This document shows positions 22,990 to 36,444 of a stretch of DNA of 64,000 nt, in pieces (positions within the stretch are counted from its first letter, which is position 1; every line of letters starts with the position of its first letter). Below the pieces are notes generated by a model. That model worked only from the letters and a program-made list of their open reading frames with translations, was not told the DNA's origin and did no database searches. This stretch comes from Eukaryota sp. TZLM1-RC. Its lineage: Eukaryota; Protista; Metamonada: BaSk clade. The stretch lies in contig JAUPSS010000008.1 of the NCBI GenBank assembly GCA_040285825.1, forward strand, positions 310,001-374,000, read 5' to 3'. Both the position numbers and the translations under genes were made by a program.

Positions 22990-23760
22990 TTATACCATTA
23001 CGATTTGGTTATTGTTTTTGAATATGTTGATCAGTAAAGATGTGGGTTCAGTCAAATCCTGAATCCAATGTACTTTCTTTATAAAATCTTTTAAGACAAA
23101 GTTGAGTGGATGGACTGTGGACTTTGAGTACATCAACCTAGAATTGTAATCTTGTATTGTTGCACTTGCAGCTTCATTTACTCGTACTCCGGCCATTGTT
23201 GGGAATTTTCATCATCAAAATCGCCAGGAATCATTAATCCAATATTTCTATCAATTGTATTTTATACTTTTAACAAGAAACATGAAAACATACAATACAC
23301 AATTAAAACTCCACATCCTCAAAATTTGCCCTCCCCCCCTACATCAAAACAATTAGTTGGTAAAGATTGAAAAAATTTACCAAAAAAAGAGTGAATCAAA
23401 AATTAGTTTCACCATTGCCTTAATAAATAGAAAATACAATCCTGTTTTACCGGTAAACACGATTGAAAATTCTTATAGTTCTTTCCTTCACAACTACATC
23501 AAAATCCTCAAGGAAAGCCATAGTTCACTTTATGTGTGTCACTGCATCAGTAATAAAACCTTTGAAATGGTGTGCATTTGCACTTTCTCCGTTTGTAGGT
23601 ACAGTATCCAGTGCCAAAGGTCGTCCATTCGACGAAACAATGCCATTATGTCCAGGGTCCCCCTTTGTTGAGTATCCATCGATTGATATTTTATAGGAGA
23701 TTTCTTGATGTTTGGAGTTAACTTGGTTGATAACAACGAATCCATTTTGTTTTTAAAAAA
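22990..23760 (-). mobile_element. Decayed hAT transposase fragments interrupted by a CRE 3' fragment (~23270-23525)
   Basis: SIDGYST.G.P.HNGIV...GRPLALDTVPTNGES (DUF659-like) and TVHPLNFVLKDFIKKVHWI (CxxH region). Confidence 0.45.
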
Positions 23761-23964
23761 GAGTAAACATTTGTGAGTGACAATATATCTTCAGGGTCCT
23801 GTGCAGTCCTTCGGTAATTATCCTGCATGGCAGTATTTTTCTTCTGCCTTGCAATTTATACTCTAATAAGTGAATTAAAACAAAAATTTCCAGATGTTTA
23901 AATTACTGCTTATATGAATGACATTTTAAAAAAAATTGCTAAAATTGTTCAACATCGCTATTAT

Positions 23965-26900
23965 TTGTATTTATTGAATTTGCACACTTAATTAAATTAA
24001 CTCAATACTAATGGGACGACTATCATTGAACCAAGATTTCCTCTACAAAATCTTGATCTGCTTGCTGTCTAGCTAAAGCTTCTCTTATTCGATTGAAAAA
24101 CCGTGGTAATCTATTAATAATGGCGAATTGAATCCGTGAACGCCATAAAAATATATCAAATCTTTTCATTGTTTTTTCTTGCACCATTTTTTGGAAGTCA
24201 TTCAAAAAAGTTTCTGCTTCAACTGATAATCTTCCATTTATCGAAAATGGGAAAGCAATAAAAATCAGCTGTGTATTTCTATCGACATTAGCCTCTTCAA
24301 TATCTTTATCATATTTTCTATGTTTCTCTTTTGCTTTAAAATCCAGAGCAGCCACAGGATTAAGTTTCCTTCTGTGAACCAATGTATCATTTGCAACATT
24401 ACATGAGACAAACTCAACAATAGCTTCAGAATTATCAATCCAAATACAGTATACATCACTTCTATCATCAGAACCAATATTATTCAGAGAAAGTGTTTCC
24501 TTCAGCAGATGCTCTTTGATATACGATTTTCCTGCAGTTTGTGCCATATTGAAAACAATGTCTCTCACAGCATCATGTAATGAAGAACGATAAGTTATCA
24601 ATTTAGAACAATTCAGAGCATGGCGCAAAGTGAGTTGAGGTGAATTCGAACAAATACATTTTTCTTTTGATAATAATTGATTAATGGGGATGTTCAAATA
24701 TAATCTCATTTTTGTTACAAATGCTTCATTAGTGGCACACAATCCAAATCTTTGTGGTACAATAGTTACAAAAAGTGAAGAATCTGACGACTTGTTTTCA
24801 CAAACATCCTTTTCCAATAACAATGAGTGAAGATCTTGATTTAAAACAGCCGAGCTGCATATATTATTATAAAGATCTTTTTCATACATTCCAGTCAATC
24901 GTTTCTGTAATGTTCGCAGAGTGTACTTCAAATTTAAAACATTTTTTTCTGGGATATTGCCATTGAATGATTGGGGAAAACATCGACCCAATTTTTCTAC
25001 ATCAATTTTTGAAATTTCTTCATTTAATGCAAAAAAAGTGGAACTTTGCGTTGTCATCAATAAATCTTCCCAATCTGCAAATCTTTCTGAAAACTCAAAG
25101 ATTGCATTTCTGCATCCACCAACAAAAGCACACGAGGTAAGAATAGAAGCCTTCGTCCACCCTAAACCGCCATAATGTGGACTAGGGTAAGCATGATCTG
25201 GAATTAGAAACATTTTACATCCCAGTAATTGAGACAGAACTTTTGCACGTAATTTATTAAACTTCTGAGCCAAAAGTCTAGTGACGAGAGGATTTGTAGA
25301 TCGAAATATATGATTAAAATTGGAACTAAAACACAGTCTTATAATGGTAAATTTGATGTGTTTTTTTATATCTAAATTCATCATTCGGTCAATTTTGTCA
25401 GAAATTGAGTTCAACTTTTCAAACAATTTTTTGGTAATTTCATCATTATTTCCTAAAAACGAACCCAAATGACGAATAGCATCAATTGAATATAATTTGG
25501 CTTGAATTTCAATACCATCAACTATTATGGAAACTGGAGAATTCGATAACAAAACACATTTAAGTAAATTAAGTTGGAGACCAATTTTGGTAAATAATTC
25601 GTTAAAACATACAGTTGCTTGTTTCACAATATTTAAATCACCAATAAGCACAACATCATCCATATATGCAATCATTTTTAGTGAAGGAAACATCTCTTGA
25701 ATTTGCAGTAAAATAGGATGAATGGCCAAACAAAACAAAAGAGGCCCTAACGGATCTCCTTGCTTTACACCACTTGATGAACTCAAAATGTTATCACCAA
25801 AATGTAAATTAGAATATGTGCAATATGTTGATTGAAAATACGGTATTAATTCCGGCATATATTGCAATAGAGCACCATGGATACTGCGACGACTTAGTAA
25901 ATTGAAAGCATTACTAAAATCCAATAACATACAAACATTGGATTCATTTTGGCGAAATAAAACATCAGTAGCAAATATCGCTGAAGACACTCCATCTGTG
26001 GTATTAATACCATATTGAAAGGGTAATAAAATTTTTTTTGCTTTCTCATTGAACCTGCTTAAGCAACACGCAGAATAAATATTGTGTAAGCTCTCAGAGA
26101 CTGCAATAGGACGAACATCCATTTTTGAATTTTTGACAAGTGCAGTCAAACGAGAACTTCTTTATTCTTCTGGGTATTTGAGTTGACCAGATAATATTTT
26201 GTTGAAAAATTTGGTTAATAAACCAAGGCAATCTTCTGAAGAAATAATCGCGGCTTTTACATGATCAATGGTAATACCAGAAAGTCCGGCAGACTTACCA
26301 CTTGGTCTCTTTTTGGTAACCGAAAAAACTTCTGATGGATAATTTTCCCAGTATGTGCCGTAAAAATTTTGATCCATTATAGGGTCTTCATAAGGATGAA
26401 GTATTTTTAGTTTATCTATTGTGTTTTCATTGTTGGGTGCTTTAACTCCGGGACTTAAAGCTGACAAAGCCTTGGACCATTTGTTGTCAGAGCATTTGTC
26501 TTCAAAAATTTTACTTAATTTCTCGGATGACTGATTTCTCGGTGCTTTATTAGTTAAATCTTCGGAAATATTTACGAAATTTTGTTCAAAAGGAGGACAA
26601 AAAGAACCAAAAAAGTCCCAAATAATATTGATAGCATACTTTCCTTTACATAATTGATCCAAAAATCTTTGAAAAACGAAAGCAAATTCATTGCATTTGG
26701 TCGGATGAATTTCTTGAGGTATTCTTTTGGGAGGATGGTAGTTATCAACTATGCGGCATTTCAAGCATCGATCAGAAGTTTTTCCTTTTGCATTTTTTCT
26801 AAAAGAAATACCACAATTGTTGCAAGTTTTGTGCTTCAATCGATTGCTAACTGGTTTTGCAACAACTTGTGGAGCATCATTTATGGGTACTTCCTTAGAC

Positions 26901-27290
26901 TCTTTTCTTCTAATAAATTTTCTTTTACATTTTGTTTCAGAATTTGCCACATTATTTTTTCCAACATTGGGGCATGTTCGAGCATTATGTCCTTGTTGTC
27001 GATACTTTGAGCATCTGTAGGAGCGTGGCTTTGTTTTTGAACAAACTTTGTTTTCATCGTAATTTTCTAAAAATTCTTGATCAGAATTTTTTTTGTCCAA
27101 AAATGAAGAGAGAAGAGGATGAGGAGGAGAGGAGGAAAGGACGTCTTGAGCATCTTGTTGTCTATCGTTCTTTCTTTTGACTCCATTAGAATCAGAAACT
27201 GATTCAGGCATCAACAAGAAAGAATAGAAGCAATGATCTCGGTTCAGCCAGGTTTTAAGTTAAACGGTTTTATGTAGAGGAAGGAAAAAA
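23965..27290 (-). mobile_element. Full-length CRE-like family A non-LTR retrotransposon (~3.3 kb, frameshifted)
   Basis: Zinc knuckle (CSK.RQQGHNARTC), RT (VRPIAV, QGDPLGP, YMDD), HALNC/HD and REL (DDR.D...KEKHRKY). 11-bp TSD ATCGCTATTAT at 23954-23964 and 27291-27301. Confidence 0.93.
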
Positions 27291-28703
27291 ATCGCTATTA
27301 TCAGATTGGTCTTTCTTTAAATATTTACGAATGTTTGTTGATTGGTAGAGAGACTGCTGAACTTGTTAATGATGATCAAGTTGTTCCTTTCATCAACTAT
27401 TTTGAATCAGTATTTCGTTTCTTAGGTTGTTATTTAGGCAAATTTGATGAAATTCGAAATCAACTTTCATCTCTTTTAGCAAATTTTGAACAATATCTTA
27501 TTGTTCTGTGGGATTTAGATCTTGATAAACATGTTAAATTCTTTTTTCTCAGAATTTGTTATTCATGGATATTTACTCATATCATGCGTTCAACCTCAAC
27601 ATCTATATTTCTTAAATTTTGCAGAATTTTTAACGTATTAAGAAAAAATTCGGCTAATTTGCTTGAAATTGATTCGTCTTTTTTACCTAGTCATATTTTT
27701 TGTAGCACAAAATAAGGTGGTCTAGATTTTTACAAGTCTAAATATTTGTGTAAAGCAGTATTCATTGGTGGAGGCAAAATTTTATTTTTATATTTTTGAA
27801 ACGTTTTCCTGAAAAGCTACATTTAATAGATCATTGTGTTAGTGAATATTTAGTGTCTTTGCAAACCCAATTTGAATGCCTCCTTTCCTCAGATCTGGTC
27901 TAAATGCTTTCCTGCCGATACTCAACAAATTCCACCCAGAAGCTTCGTTTCCTTGAGTTTTGCATAAATCATATTGCAGAAAAAGAGATTAAAAGTTTTT
28001 GAAAACTGGTAATTTACTGTTTGTCTTAGCTTGGTTAAAAAAAGAATCCGATTTTTTCCAACTTTTTAATTGATTCTTAAGGAAAGTAGCTCAAGTTGTC
28101 GTATTTCCCAGATTTCCAATATTTTTGGTTTATTGTTAAATGACCATCAATGGACCACTGCCCACAAAACGAGGTATTTCCTGTGACCATGGAGTGTGAC
28201 AAATGATTTGATTTGTCGTTGTGGTCAGCCTATCAATTTGAATCATTTTTTAATTGCAAATTTAATATTACATATCGCTCAGTCGTTCATGATGCTTTAA
28301 GAGACCAACTATATGCCATGCTCAACAGCTACCATATTGAAGCTTTTGTTGAAACACTTGTGCGTAAATTGTCACCTGAGAATGAAGATGAAAACACTTT
28401 TGGAAAACGCCGTGCTGATTTAATTACCCCTGGGAATCATGGTGTGATTAAAGTTGTTGATGTTGTCACTGTTGATGTTTGTAAAGAATCAGCAATTGAT
28501 TTTGCTAAAAAATGAAACTCCACTGTGATTTGCTGAAAAGAGCAAAATCCAAAAGTACAAGGAGCCTTTATCTCAGCTTGGACATTTTGAGCATGTGAAG
28601 TATGAGCTGGTTCCATTTACTGTTTCCCTTTTTGGTAACATTGGAATATCTGGTATTAAATTTCTCGGATGTTTCAGATGTTTGACAAAGAAAAGAGCAG
28701 GAA

Positions 28704-30438
28704 TTTTTTTTTAAACAAAATTTAATTTTATTCTAAACCTATAAATCAACATCTAAAAAATCCATCTCTCCCAAAACAAAAACACTAGATGCAACTCTCT
28801 CATAGTGAGATCCAAGAGAAAGCAAAGCATCAGAAACCATCTTCAACATCCCCTTAAAAATAGAAAACACAATTCTATTTTGCCAAAACAATCTGTTGAA
28901 ATTTCTGCCAGTTCTTCTCTTTACAATCATTTCAAAATCATCCAAAAAACGTAAAGCAGTTGGTGCAAGTGAAGCAAAAGGGAAAATACAAATGGATACA
29001 AATTGTATTTTGCATGCTGTAGACTGGCCAATTTGGACAAAGGTTCATTGTATTTTTTGAATTTAAAATTTTCAGCATTTGAAAGGGGATTATGAATTTC
29101 AGAATTAACAAGCCTTTCATTTGAGGCATTACAAGGATCAACAGACATTACATCCAATAAAATGAAGCTTCCATCTAATCCAGGTAATATGACATCACCT
29201 CTATTATTCTTATGAAAATCATTTTTCAGCATCAAACAGATTTGACAACAAAGGTTCCAAGAAGGATTCAATTCTATGAGATTTACACATACAATATAAC
29301 TGGTCTCTTACAGCATCATGAACCTTGCTTCTAAAAGTAATAAAATGTTTACAATTTAACAAATGAGTAGTTGTAATTTCTCGAGAACATTTACAAATTA
29401 AATTATGAGGTAAATTATCAGGCCAGATAAAGGAACGAAATCTCATATTCAGAGTCCAAGCAGAATCGGATAAGAGAGTACCATAAACTTGTGGAATTGT
29501 TGTTACTAAGGCAGAAGAAGTACTGTCACACATATCTTGTAAAAGATTTGCAAAAGCGGGATTCTTTTTCTTGGCCAAGCCAAGACTAACATCAAAATCC
29601 AAGCTTTCAAAAATCTTTGACAATTTTTGTTGAAGCTTTTTACAGCAAAACTGTAAATTAAATAGAGATCGGTTTGGAATTTCTTGAATTGATTGAGGAA
29701 AACATTTGGTCCAAATTTGTGGCGGTAATTTTTCAAGTTCACAAGATAACTCATACAAATAGGGACTACAATTGGGGACTAACAGATGAGAATCATCAGG
29801 AAATCTACGAGAAAATTCATAAATAAAATTTTTGCCACCACCCAAGAATGCTGATTGACACAAAATTGAAGATTTAGTAAAACCAATACCACCCAAATTT
29901 GCTGAAGAAAATAAATGGCTTTTCAACATTCCTGGTTCTACATCCAATAAATCAGCAAAAAATTCTGTTCTCAATGAATTAAAAGAACGACAAAAATCTA
30001 ATGCTATGGAAGGAGCACAAGATCTCAAAATGTGGGTTATTCTCCCAGTGTAGCAAATTTTAAGCATGAAAAATTTAATATGCTTTTCTATATCTAAAGA
30101 AGAAGTTGAATCAAGTTCAATTTTCATTTTTTCCAAAATAACTTGCAATTCATTCTGAATTTGAGGCACATTTCCTAACCAACAACCAAGGAACTTAAAA
30201 GCATCACTACTAGAATTAGTAAAAGGGACAATAGAATCGTTTATCACGAGGTCTTGAGCAGAAGAGCCAATCAGAAGGCATTTGCTGGCATTAAGATGAA
30301 GCCCAATATTTTCATATGAATCGGCAATTTCTTGAGCAACCAATTCTAGTAAATCAAGTGAACCAATCAAGGATATATCATCCATATAAGCAACTATTTT
30401 TATAGAAGGGTATTTTTGCTTAATGATATTTAAAGTTT
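28704..30438 (-). mobile_element. 5'-truncated CRE-like family B copy with A-tail
   Basis: YMDD through REL (RGDVIL...LLDV); 13-bp TSD AAAAGAGCAGGAA at 28691-28703 and 30439-30451. Confidence 0.9.
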
Positions 30439-30799
30439 AAAAGAGCAGGAAAAGGATTGAACTTCAATTTTTGGCACAATAGAATTGTTTTCAGTATACT
30501 TAAAGCAATTCCAAAAATGATAACCAAAGCACTCTTACAAATAGGAGTAGAGTATGAAAATCACACACTTATGAAATATGATAATGTTGATGCGTGTTTT
30601 GAGGATATTGAGTTCTAGTTATATGTTTTGTTGTTTTGTTTGCGTTTCAAATTAAACCAATATCTTAAAAGAACTACTGTACATGATCTATTTGTTTTTA
30701 AGATACTGTATAGACACAAAAACCTCTTTTGCTTACATCAACTAAAATTGGCTTTATTCCAAAAATGCAAACAAGATTACTATAAACAACAACAATGCA

Positions 30800-31135
30800 A
30801 AGCAATATTCTAAATAAGTGATCACTAACAGAATGAAGGTAGATTCTCACTATTTACGGGTTCATGAGCACGTACATTGTGAAACTCAGTAATACTTGAA
30901 AGTATTGAGTTAAAATAACATGGTAGAGCCTTAAAGAGTGAGAAAACAATTCTGTTCTTCCAAATAAGTTGATCAAAAGAACGTCCTGGGTCTTTTAAGA
31001 AACTGCCTAAATCATTCAAGAAAGATAATCCTTCCCTGCCTAAAGTACCAAAAAGAGAAATTCCAATTGGAACAAAAACGATGTTTCTGCCACGTTGTTT
31101 GTTCAAACGTACAAGTAAATCATTATACCTCAACT
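30800..31135 (-). mobile_element. CRE-like 3' fragment
   Basis: FVPIGISLFGTLG...WKNRIVFSLFK, the REL C-terminus. Confidence 0.75.
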
Positions 31136-31139
31136 AATA

Positions 31140-31250
31140 GGCAAAGTAATTGGTTAATGACCTAGATTCAGATGTTGTAGAAATTTCTGAATAAAAGTTT
31201 TCTTTGTTGGTTGATAGATAGTGTAATAGTATAAGGAAGGGAGAGATAGA
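31140..31250 (+). repeat. Fragment of the hAT element 3' region (copy of ~53530-53620)
   Basis: GGTTAATGACCTA...GATGTTGTAGA...TTTCTTTGTTGGTTGATAG is shared. Confidence 0.7.
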
Positions 31251-31364
31251 CAGCGGTTTCTTAATAATGAAACGAACTAAGATGCCAAACTAGTTCAGAA
31301 ATTCTTTACAGAAATACTTTATAAATCTTTTCCCTTCCAAAAAGACCTTCCAAAATTACGAAAA

Positions 31365-31924
31365 ATGGGATGTGGTGGCAGTAAGGGTGCTGTACATGAC
31401 ATAGTGATCTGTGGTCTCTCCAATGCAGGAAAAACTACACTTATCAAGAGGCTTGCTCACCAAGATAAAGATCTACCTCAACTCGAATCAGTTCCTACAA
31501 TTGGCCTCAACACTGAGAAAATTGTGCTTGAAAACACTTCATTCAACCTACTTGATATGTCGGGTATGGTTCTTTGCTTCTCATCCCAGGAGCCAAACCA
31601 TTCCGTGGACATTGGCGTTCATATTTTCCATCTGCTTCCATCATAGTATTTGTCATTGATGCCAGTGATTATGAAAATCTCAGTGATGCATTGCAGACTT
31701 TGAGAGAACATGTATTATCGATTGACAGCAGTAAAGGGAAACCTTTGTTAATACTCGCTAACAAAAATGATAAAAAAGGAAGTCTTTCTGCCGATCAGAT
31801 AAGTCGTCACCTTTCTTCTGTTATGGGTACTACCTCAGAAAGACAATATTTGATTGTTTCATCCAGTGGAGTTACTGGCAATGGAGTAGAAAAAATCATT
31901 CAGTTTCTTCTACAGGGACGCTAG
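31365..31924 (+). CDS. ARL6: ADP-ribosylation factor-like GTPase ARL6/BBS3-like; intron 31564-31589
   Basis: N-terminal MG, GLSNAGKT, PTIG, DMSG, NKND. A 26-nt GTATGG..CAG intron restores the frame (177 aa). Confidence 0.8.
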
Positions 31925-32479
31925 GTTTCTTTTTTTATCTTTTTGTAAATTTTGTTTGTACTATTTTTTTATATCAATATTTGTTTCTATACTTTATTTC
32001 TTGATATTTCTTCTCTAAAAAATTATTTATTTTTAGAAAAGATGCTGTGACAACCTAAGTTTGAAATCAAGAGCTTTGTACCAGCCATACACAGTTCAAG
32101 AATCATAGGAGAAAGATACTCACAAGACATTCTAAAATCCTAGATTCTGAAGAACTGTTGATCAGAAACTTGAACAATATAACAACAAAGTGAAATTAAA
32201 GATACAAAATAATTAAGATTAAAATTAGAACAATCAACAACAGTATTTTATTTACGATTTTTTTATTATCATCAACACATTCACGGAAATTATCAATCAA
32301 ATAGCTTTCAGCTGAATATTGAACCCACCATGGAAAACAAAATAATTCAGCTAAACAATCATTCTTGATTAGTTTGACAGATTTAATTGAACCTTGGTTA
32401 AAAAGTTTTGCGGGAGACAGTGATAAATTTGACAGACTGAATTTTACGGGATTAATTAATAACAAAACAATAATAAACT

Positions 32480-34337
32480 TGAACTACACTATCCTCCACT
32501 TTTGCCGTATTTTAAATTGATGTATGGATCACCCTCTAACTTAATTTTTCATTCTGAGAATATTGTTTCGTCAAGAGGGGTCAAACAAGGGGATCCATTG
32601 GGTCCATTTTTCTTTTGCTTAGCACTGCAATCAGTTTTGGTAAAATTTAAGTCGGATTTTCCTGACATTCATATATGTGCTTATGCAGATGATTTATCAC
32701 TTATTGGCCCTTTGTCTCTTTTACAACACGGTTTACAACATTTTGTTTTTCTGGCCAAACAAATAGGGTTAGACATTAAATTGCCCAAGTGTTTCATTAT
32801 TGGTAATCAGCATGCGGAGGTGGCATTTAATGAAACTTTTATCAAATACGTTGATTACGAGGAAGATGCTATTCGGTTTCTTGGATCTTATTTTGGAAAT
32901 AGTGAAAAAGTTAAATCGATTTTGTCAGGTATTTTGGAAAAAATCGAAGAGCAACTTTTGGCTATTCAAGATCTAGAAATTGACAAACATTTAGCGTTTT
33001 CGGTCCTAAATGTGTGTTTTGGATCAAAAATTAATCATCTTCTTCGTTCTTTATCTCCCACAATTTCTCATGATTTTGCACGTCAATTCAATACTTTGAG
33101 AACAAATTTCTTAGGAAATTTAGTAGAAGTTTGTCCATCTAAAATTCCTTATCATGCATTTTTTAGTCCTAAATTTGGTGGAGTTGGTTTTTCAAAAGCA
33201 GAGTATTTATGCAAAAGTGCTTTTTATTGGTGGTATGAAAAATTTTCTTTTGAATGGAAACTTCGTTTTGATCATATTCCTTTAAATGAATCACATCCTT
33301 TATTAATTTCTCTTGAAAAAAATGGTGCAAGAACTACCTGTTGATATTTGGAATAGGAGTTTTCCTTCAAGTTTGCCTGCTGTGCCTTCGAGATCTTTCA
33401 CCAACCTTCATCTTGCTGTTGTGAAATTACAGAAGTCTGTTCTTATTGGTTTTGAAGACCTGGATTTTTCTAAACGACTTAGTGTGACTAAGATTAATAA
33501 TCCCGTCTTTGCTGCCTTTTTAGCAGACATTCAGAACTGTACTAGTTTAATTTCTCAGCAACCAAGGCAATTTGGTCTTCACTTAACAAATGAAGCTTGG
33601 AAACAAAACTTGCGTTTCAGATTAGGGTTGTATCCAAGTGGACTTTTGGATAATTCTGTTTGTATTTGTAACGAAAAACCGTCTGCCAATTTTCGTCATA
33701 TTGTAGGTTGTACGAAGTTTCTTCAATATCGGTCAGTTCTTAATAATGCTGTTCGTGATGTGACATATGAGATGTTTAAGTGTTACAATTTTAGTTGCAA
33801 AGTAGAACCTTTGTTGAAGCATTATAGTGATGATAATCTTTTTAATTCACGTCGAGGTGATTTAATTGCTCCTTTTGTGGATTCCTCTCAAGTTGTTGTT
33901 GATTTCACTACAGTTGATCCCTTTGCTTTTGTTTATCGCGATGATGTTTTACTTAGTACTAATGGTCATTTAAACAAGGCTGAAGATCGTAAGAGAGATA
34001 AATATACTGAGATATTAAATGATTTAAATAAGAACCTTTATTCGAAGTTTTCGTTTGTTCCTTTTGCCTTTTCGATTTTTGGCAACATTGGACAATCCGC
34101 CTTGAATTTCATCAATGATTTTGGTAATTTATGTCGTTCAAGTGGTAAGAATTTTGCACAGAATTTATGGAAAAATCGTATCATTTTCGCTTTGTACAGA
34201 AGTGTTCCCAAGTACTTGAGTTTAATGATGTCTAAACTTTATAAGGATTCATCAAGAGTTGGCGTGGAGAATTTAGTTTCTTATGTGTTTTAGTTTGTTT
34301 TGTTTTTATTTGATTCTTTATATAAATGGTTACAATA
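32480..34337 (+). mobile_element. 5'-truncated CRE-like element (distinct family, YADD)
   Basis: QGDPLGP, YADD, RRGDLI...VVDFTTVD; direct repeat AAAACAATAATAAACT at 32464-32479 and 34338-34353. Confidence 0.88.
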
Positions 34338-34351
34338 AAAACAATAATAAA

Positions 34352-34882
34352 CTAAAAAAATAATGAAATAATAAACTTCAAAGAAGGAAAGTCTTGTTCA
34401 GTGATTTTGGTAGGAAAATTACGATGAATTACCAATTCCTTCAAGTTTGGCAATTGTATTTCAACATTGACAGGACTGAGTACCTCCAGTCTAAGAATGC
34501 ACTGAGGTAGAACTTTCTTTCTTAGTAATGTGGTAGAACCATCACTATCTATTATGACCAATTCCCTTAATAGTGTAGGATAGCTAAAATCAACAATGTC
34601 AATAGCATAATGTTTAAACACAAACTTGAACTAGTGAAGTGGGTAATTGTTCTACATTGATGAAATAATCAACCTCCAGATATTTAAGTTTTGCTGAATT
34701 TGCAAAATTTGCAAAAAAAACTCTTCATCGCACCTTGAACATTCACCAAGCTTAATAACCTCAACATTTGGGAAAAAGGACAATAGATGTAGATCATAAC
34801 CAATACCATCATAGTAAAGTTCAAGTTTTGTAATTGTAGAATTGATTACTTTGCCACCATTATAATCGCAATTGTAAATCAT
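34352..34882 (-). pseudogene. Degenerate LRR-type protein fragment
   Basis: FPNVEVIKL, PTLLRELVI, LPNLKELVI, FPSLKFI repeats broken by frameshifts. Confidence 0.5.
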
Positions 34883-34919
34883 AAATAATTTGACTTAAAT
34901 TTAAATCCTGAGGATCTTT

Positions 34920-36440
34920 TAAAAAACTCTTGTTTTGAATTGGTTGAGCATTATACACATCATAAAATTTTTTGCATCTTTGCTTGATGTCAATTCTGAA
35001 CTAATTCGAAGTCATGTATCTTCATCATCTAATTTGAGTGGTGTTATTTTCACAAAATCGTCTATTCTCTGTCAAGTTGCTTTCCTTGGTGGAGGGAAAA
35101 ATTTTATTTTTGAATTTTGCAACAGTTTTCCTAATGATGTTAATTTAGTGAATTCTACAAGTAATAATTATTTAAGGGACCTTAAAAATACCCTTGATTG
35201 TTTGCCTCCTGAAATCTGGAGTAAATGCTTTCCCGATAATTTACAGAAAATACCAGCTAGAACACTACTAAATTTGAGGTGTCTGGTGAAAAAATTGCAA
35301 CAAAAATTAACAATCGGGAAAACTGGCGGATAATAATCTTGACACTGTTGAAAAACTGAAAGCCCTTCATCCAACTGAAAATTTTTGCCCCAGTAAGCCT
35401 TCAATTTGTCAATATTGGCTCGAAAATCCTTTTCAGGCTCAAGAAATATTGACTGCCATTGCTAAATTACCGAACGGAAAAGCTGTTGGTCCTTCAGGCA
35501 TTTCCTTTGATTTTTTAAAAACTGTTTGTAAAAATGCTCCAGAAATTTCTGAAGATCTTGCCATTTATTTTCAAAATTAATGTGTTTGATTATTGTTCCT
35601 CCGCCTAAATTGATTGCTGCCCGTTTAGTTGCTTCAGTTAAACCTGGAAATAGTAACAAACCTGATGGAGTTAGACCAATTGCTATTGGAGAGTCTTTAA
35701 CCAGATTGCTTTCTTCGCTTATTTTTAACAGAATTTCTACTAAAGCAAAGGACTATTTGAAGCCTTTCCAATTTGGTATTAAAACTATTGAAGGTGCTTC
35801 TGTTGATTCAGTGACTACAGATGTTTTTTCAATAGTCATCAACATCAATATATTTTCAATTTGGATTTTAAAAATGTTTTGAATTCAGTAAAGCGTAACT
35901 GTATTTATGATGTCCTTCTTCAAGAATTTGTAGAACTTTCAGCATATTTCTATTGATTTTGTTGAAAAAAGTCGGACTTAATTTTCGACACCTTTACCCT
36001 TGAATCTTCTTCTGGTGTGAAACTATGTGATTTTCTTGGTTCATTGCTTTTTTGTTTGGCTATCCATATTACTATTGAAATGGCCCAGAAAGAATTCCCT
36101 AAATTGCATATTGTTGCTTATATGGATGACATTTCTATTATTGGTTCTTTTGAGAGCATTTATAGGGTTTCGGAAGGCATTGCTGCGAAATACAAAGACA
36201 TTGGATTAGCCTTGAATCCAACTAAATGTCTCCTGATTGGAAGAACAAAACAATCTTTATTGATGGTGCTCAGATTCCCTTTATTAATTATGACCAACAA
36301 ACGTTCAAGTTCCTTGGATGTTGGCTAGGTAATTTGGATGACAATTATTCCCAGTTGAACAATTTATTGGACAATTTTGACAAAATTCTTATTTTTATTG
36401 CTGAACGTGATATTGAAAAACACATCAAATTTTGTATTTT
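34920..36440 (+). mobile_element. Two decayed CRE-like fragments
   Basis: AFLGGGKNF; KAVGPSG, VRPIAIGESL, YMDD motifs with many stops. Confidence 0.75.
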
Positions 36441-36444
36441 AAAT

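Larger units (their letters stand above)
23830..30660 (+). mobile_element. Old CRE-like element hosting two nested insertions (pieces ~23830-23964, 27291-28703, 30439-30660)
   Basis: FFCLAI, AYMND, QHRYY|QIGLSLN, RRADLI...VVDVVTVD; the reading continues across both TSDs. Confidence 0.75.

Noticed and set aside
23130-23196. Tyrosine recombinase-like motif AGVRVNEAASATIQD
   Set aside because: Too short, with no HxxR or Tyr motifs nearby.
26654-27180. Antisense ORFs conserved between family A copies
   Set aside because: Explained by near-identity of recent copies; no independent coding signal.
27215-27290. HDV-like ribozyme in the retrotransposon 5' UTR
   Set aside because: No nested double-pseudoknot pairing could be identified by eye.
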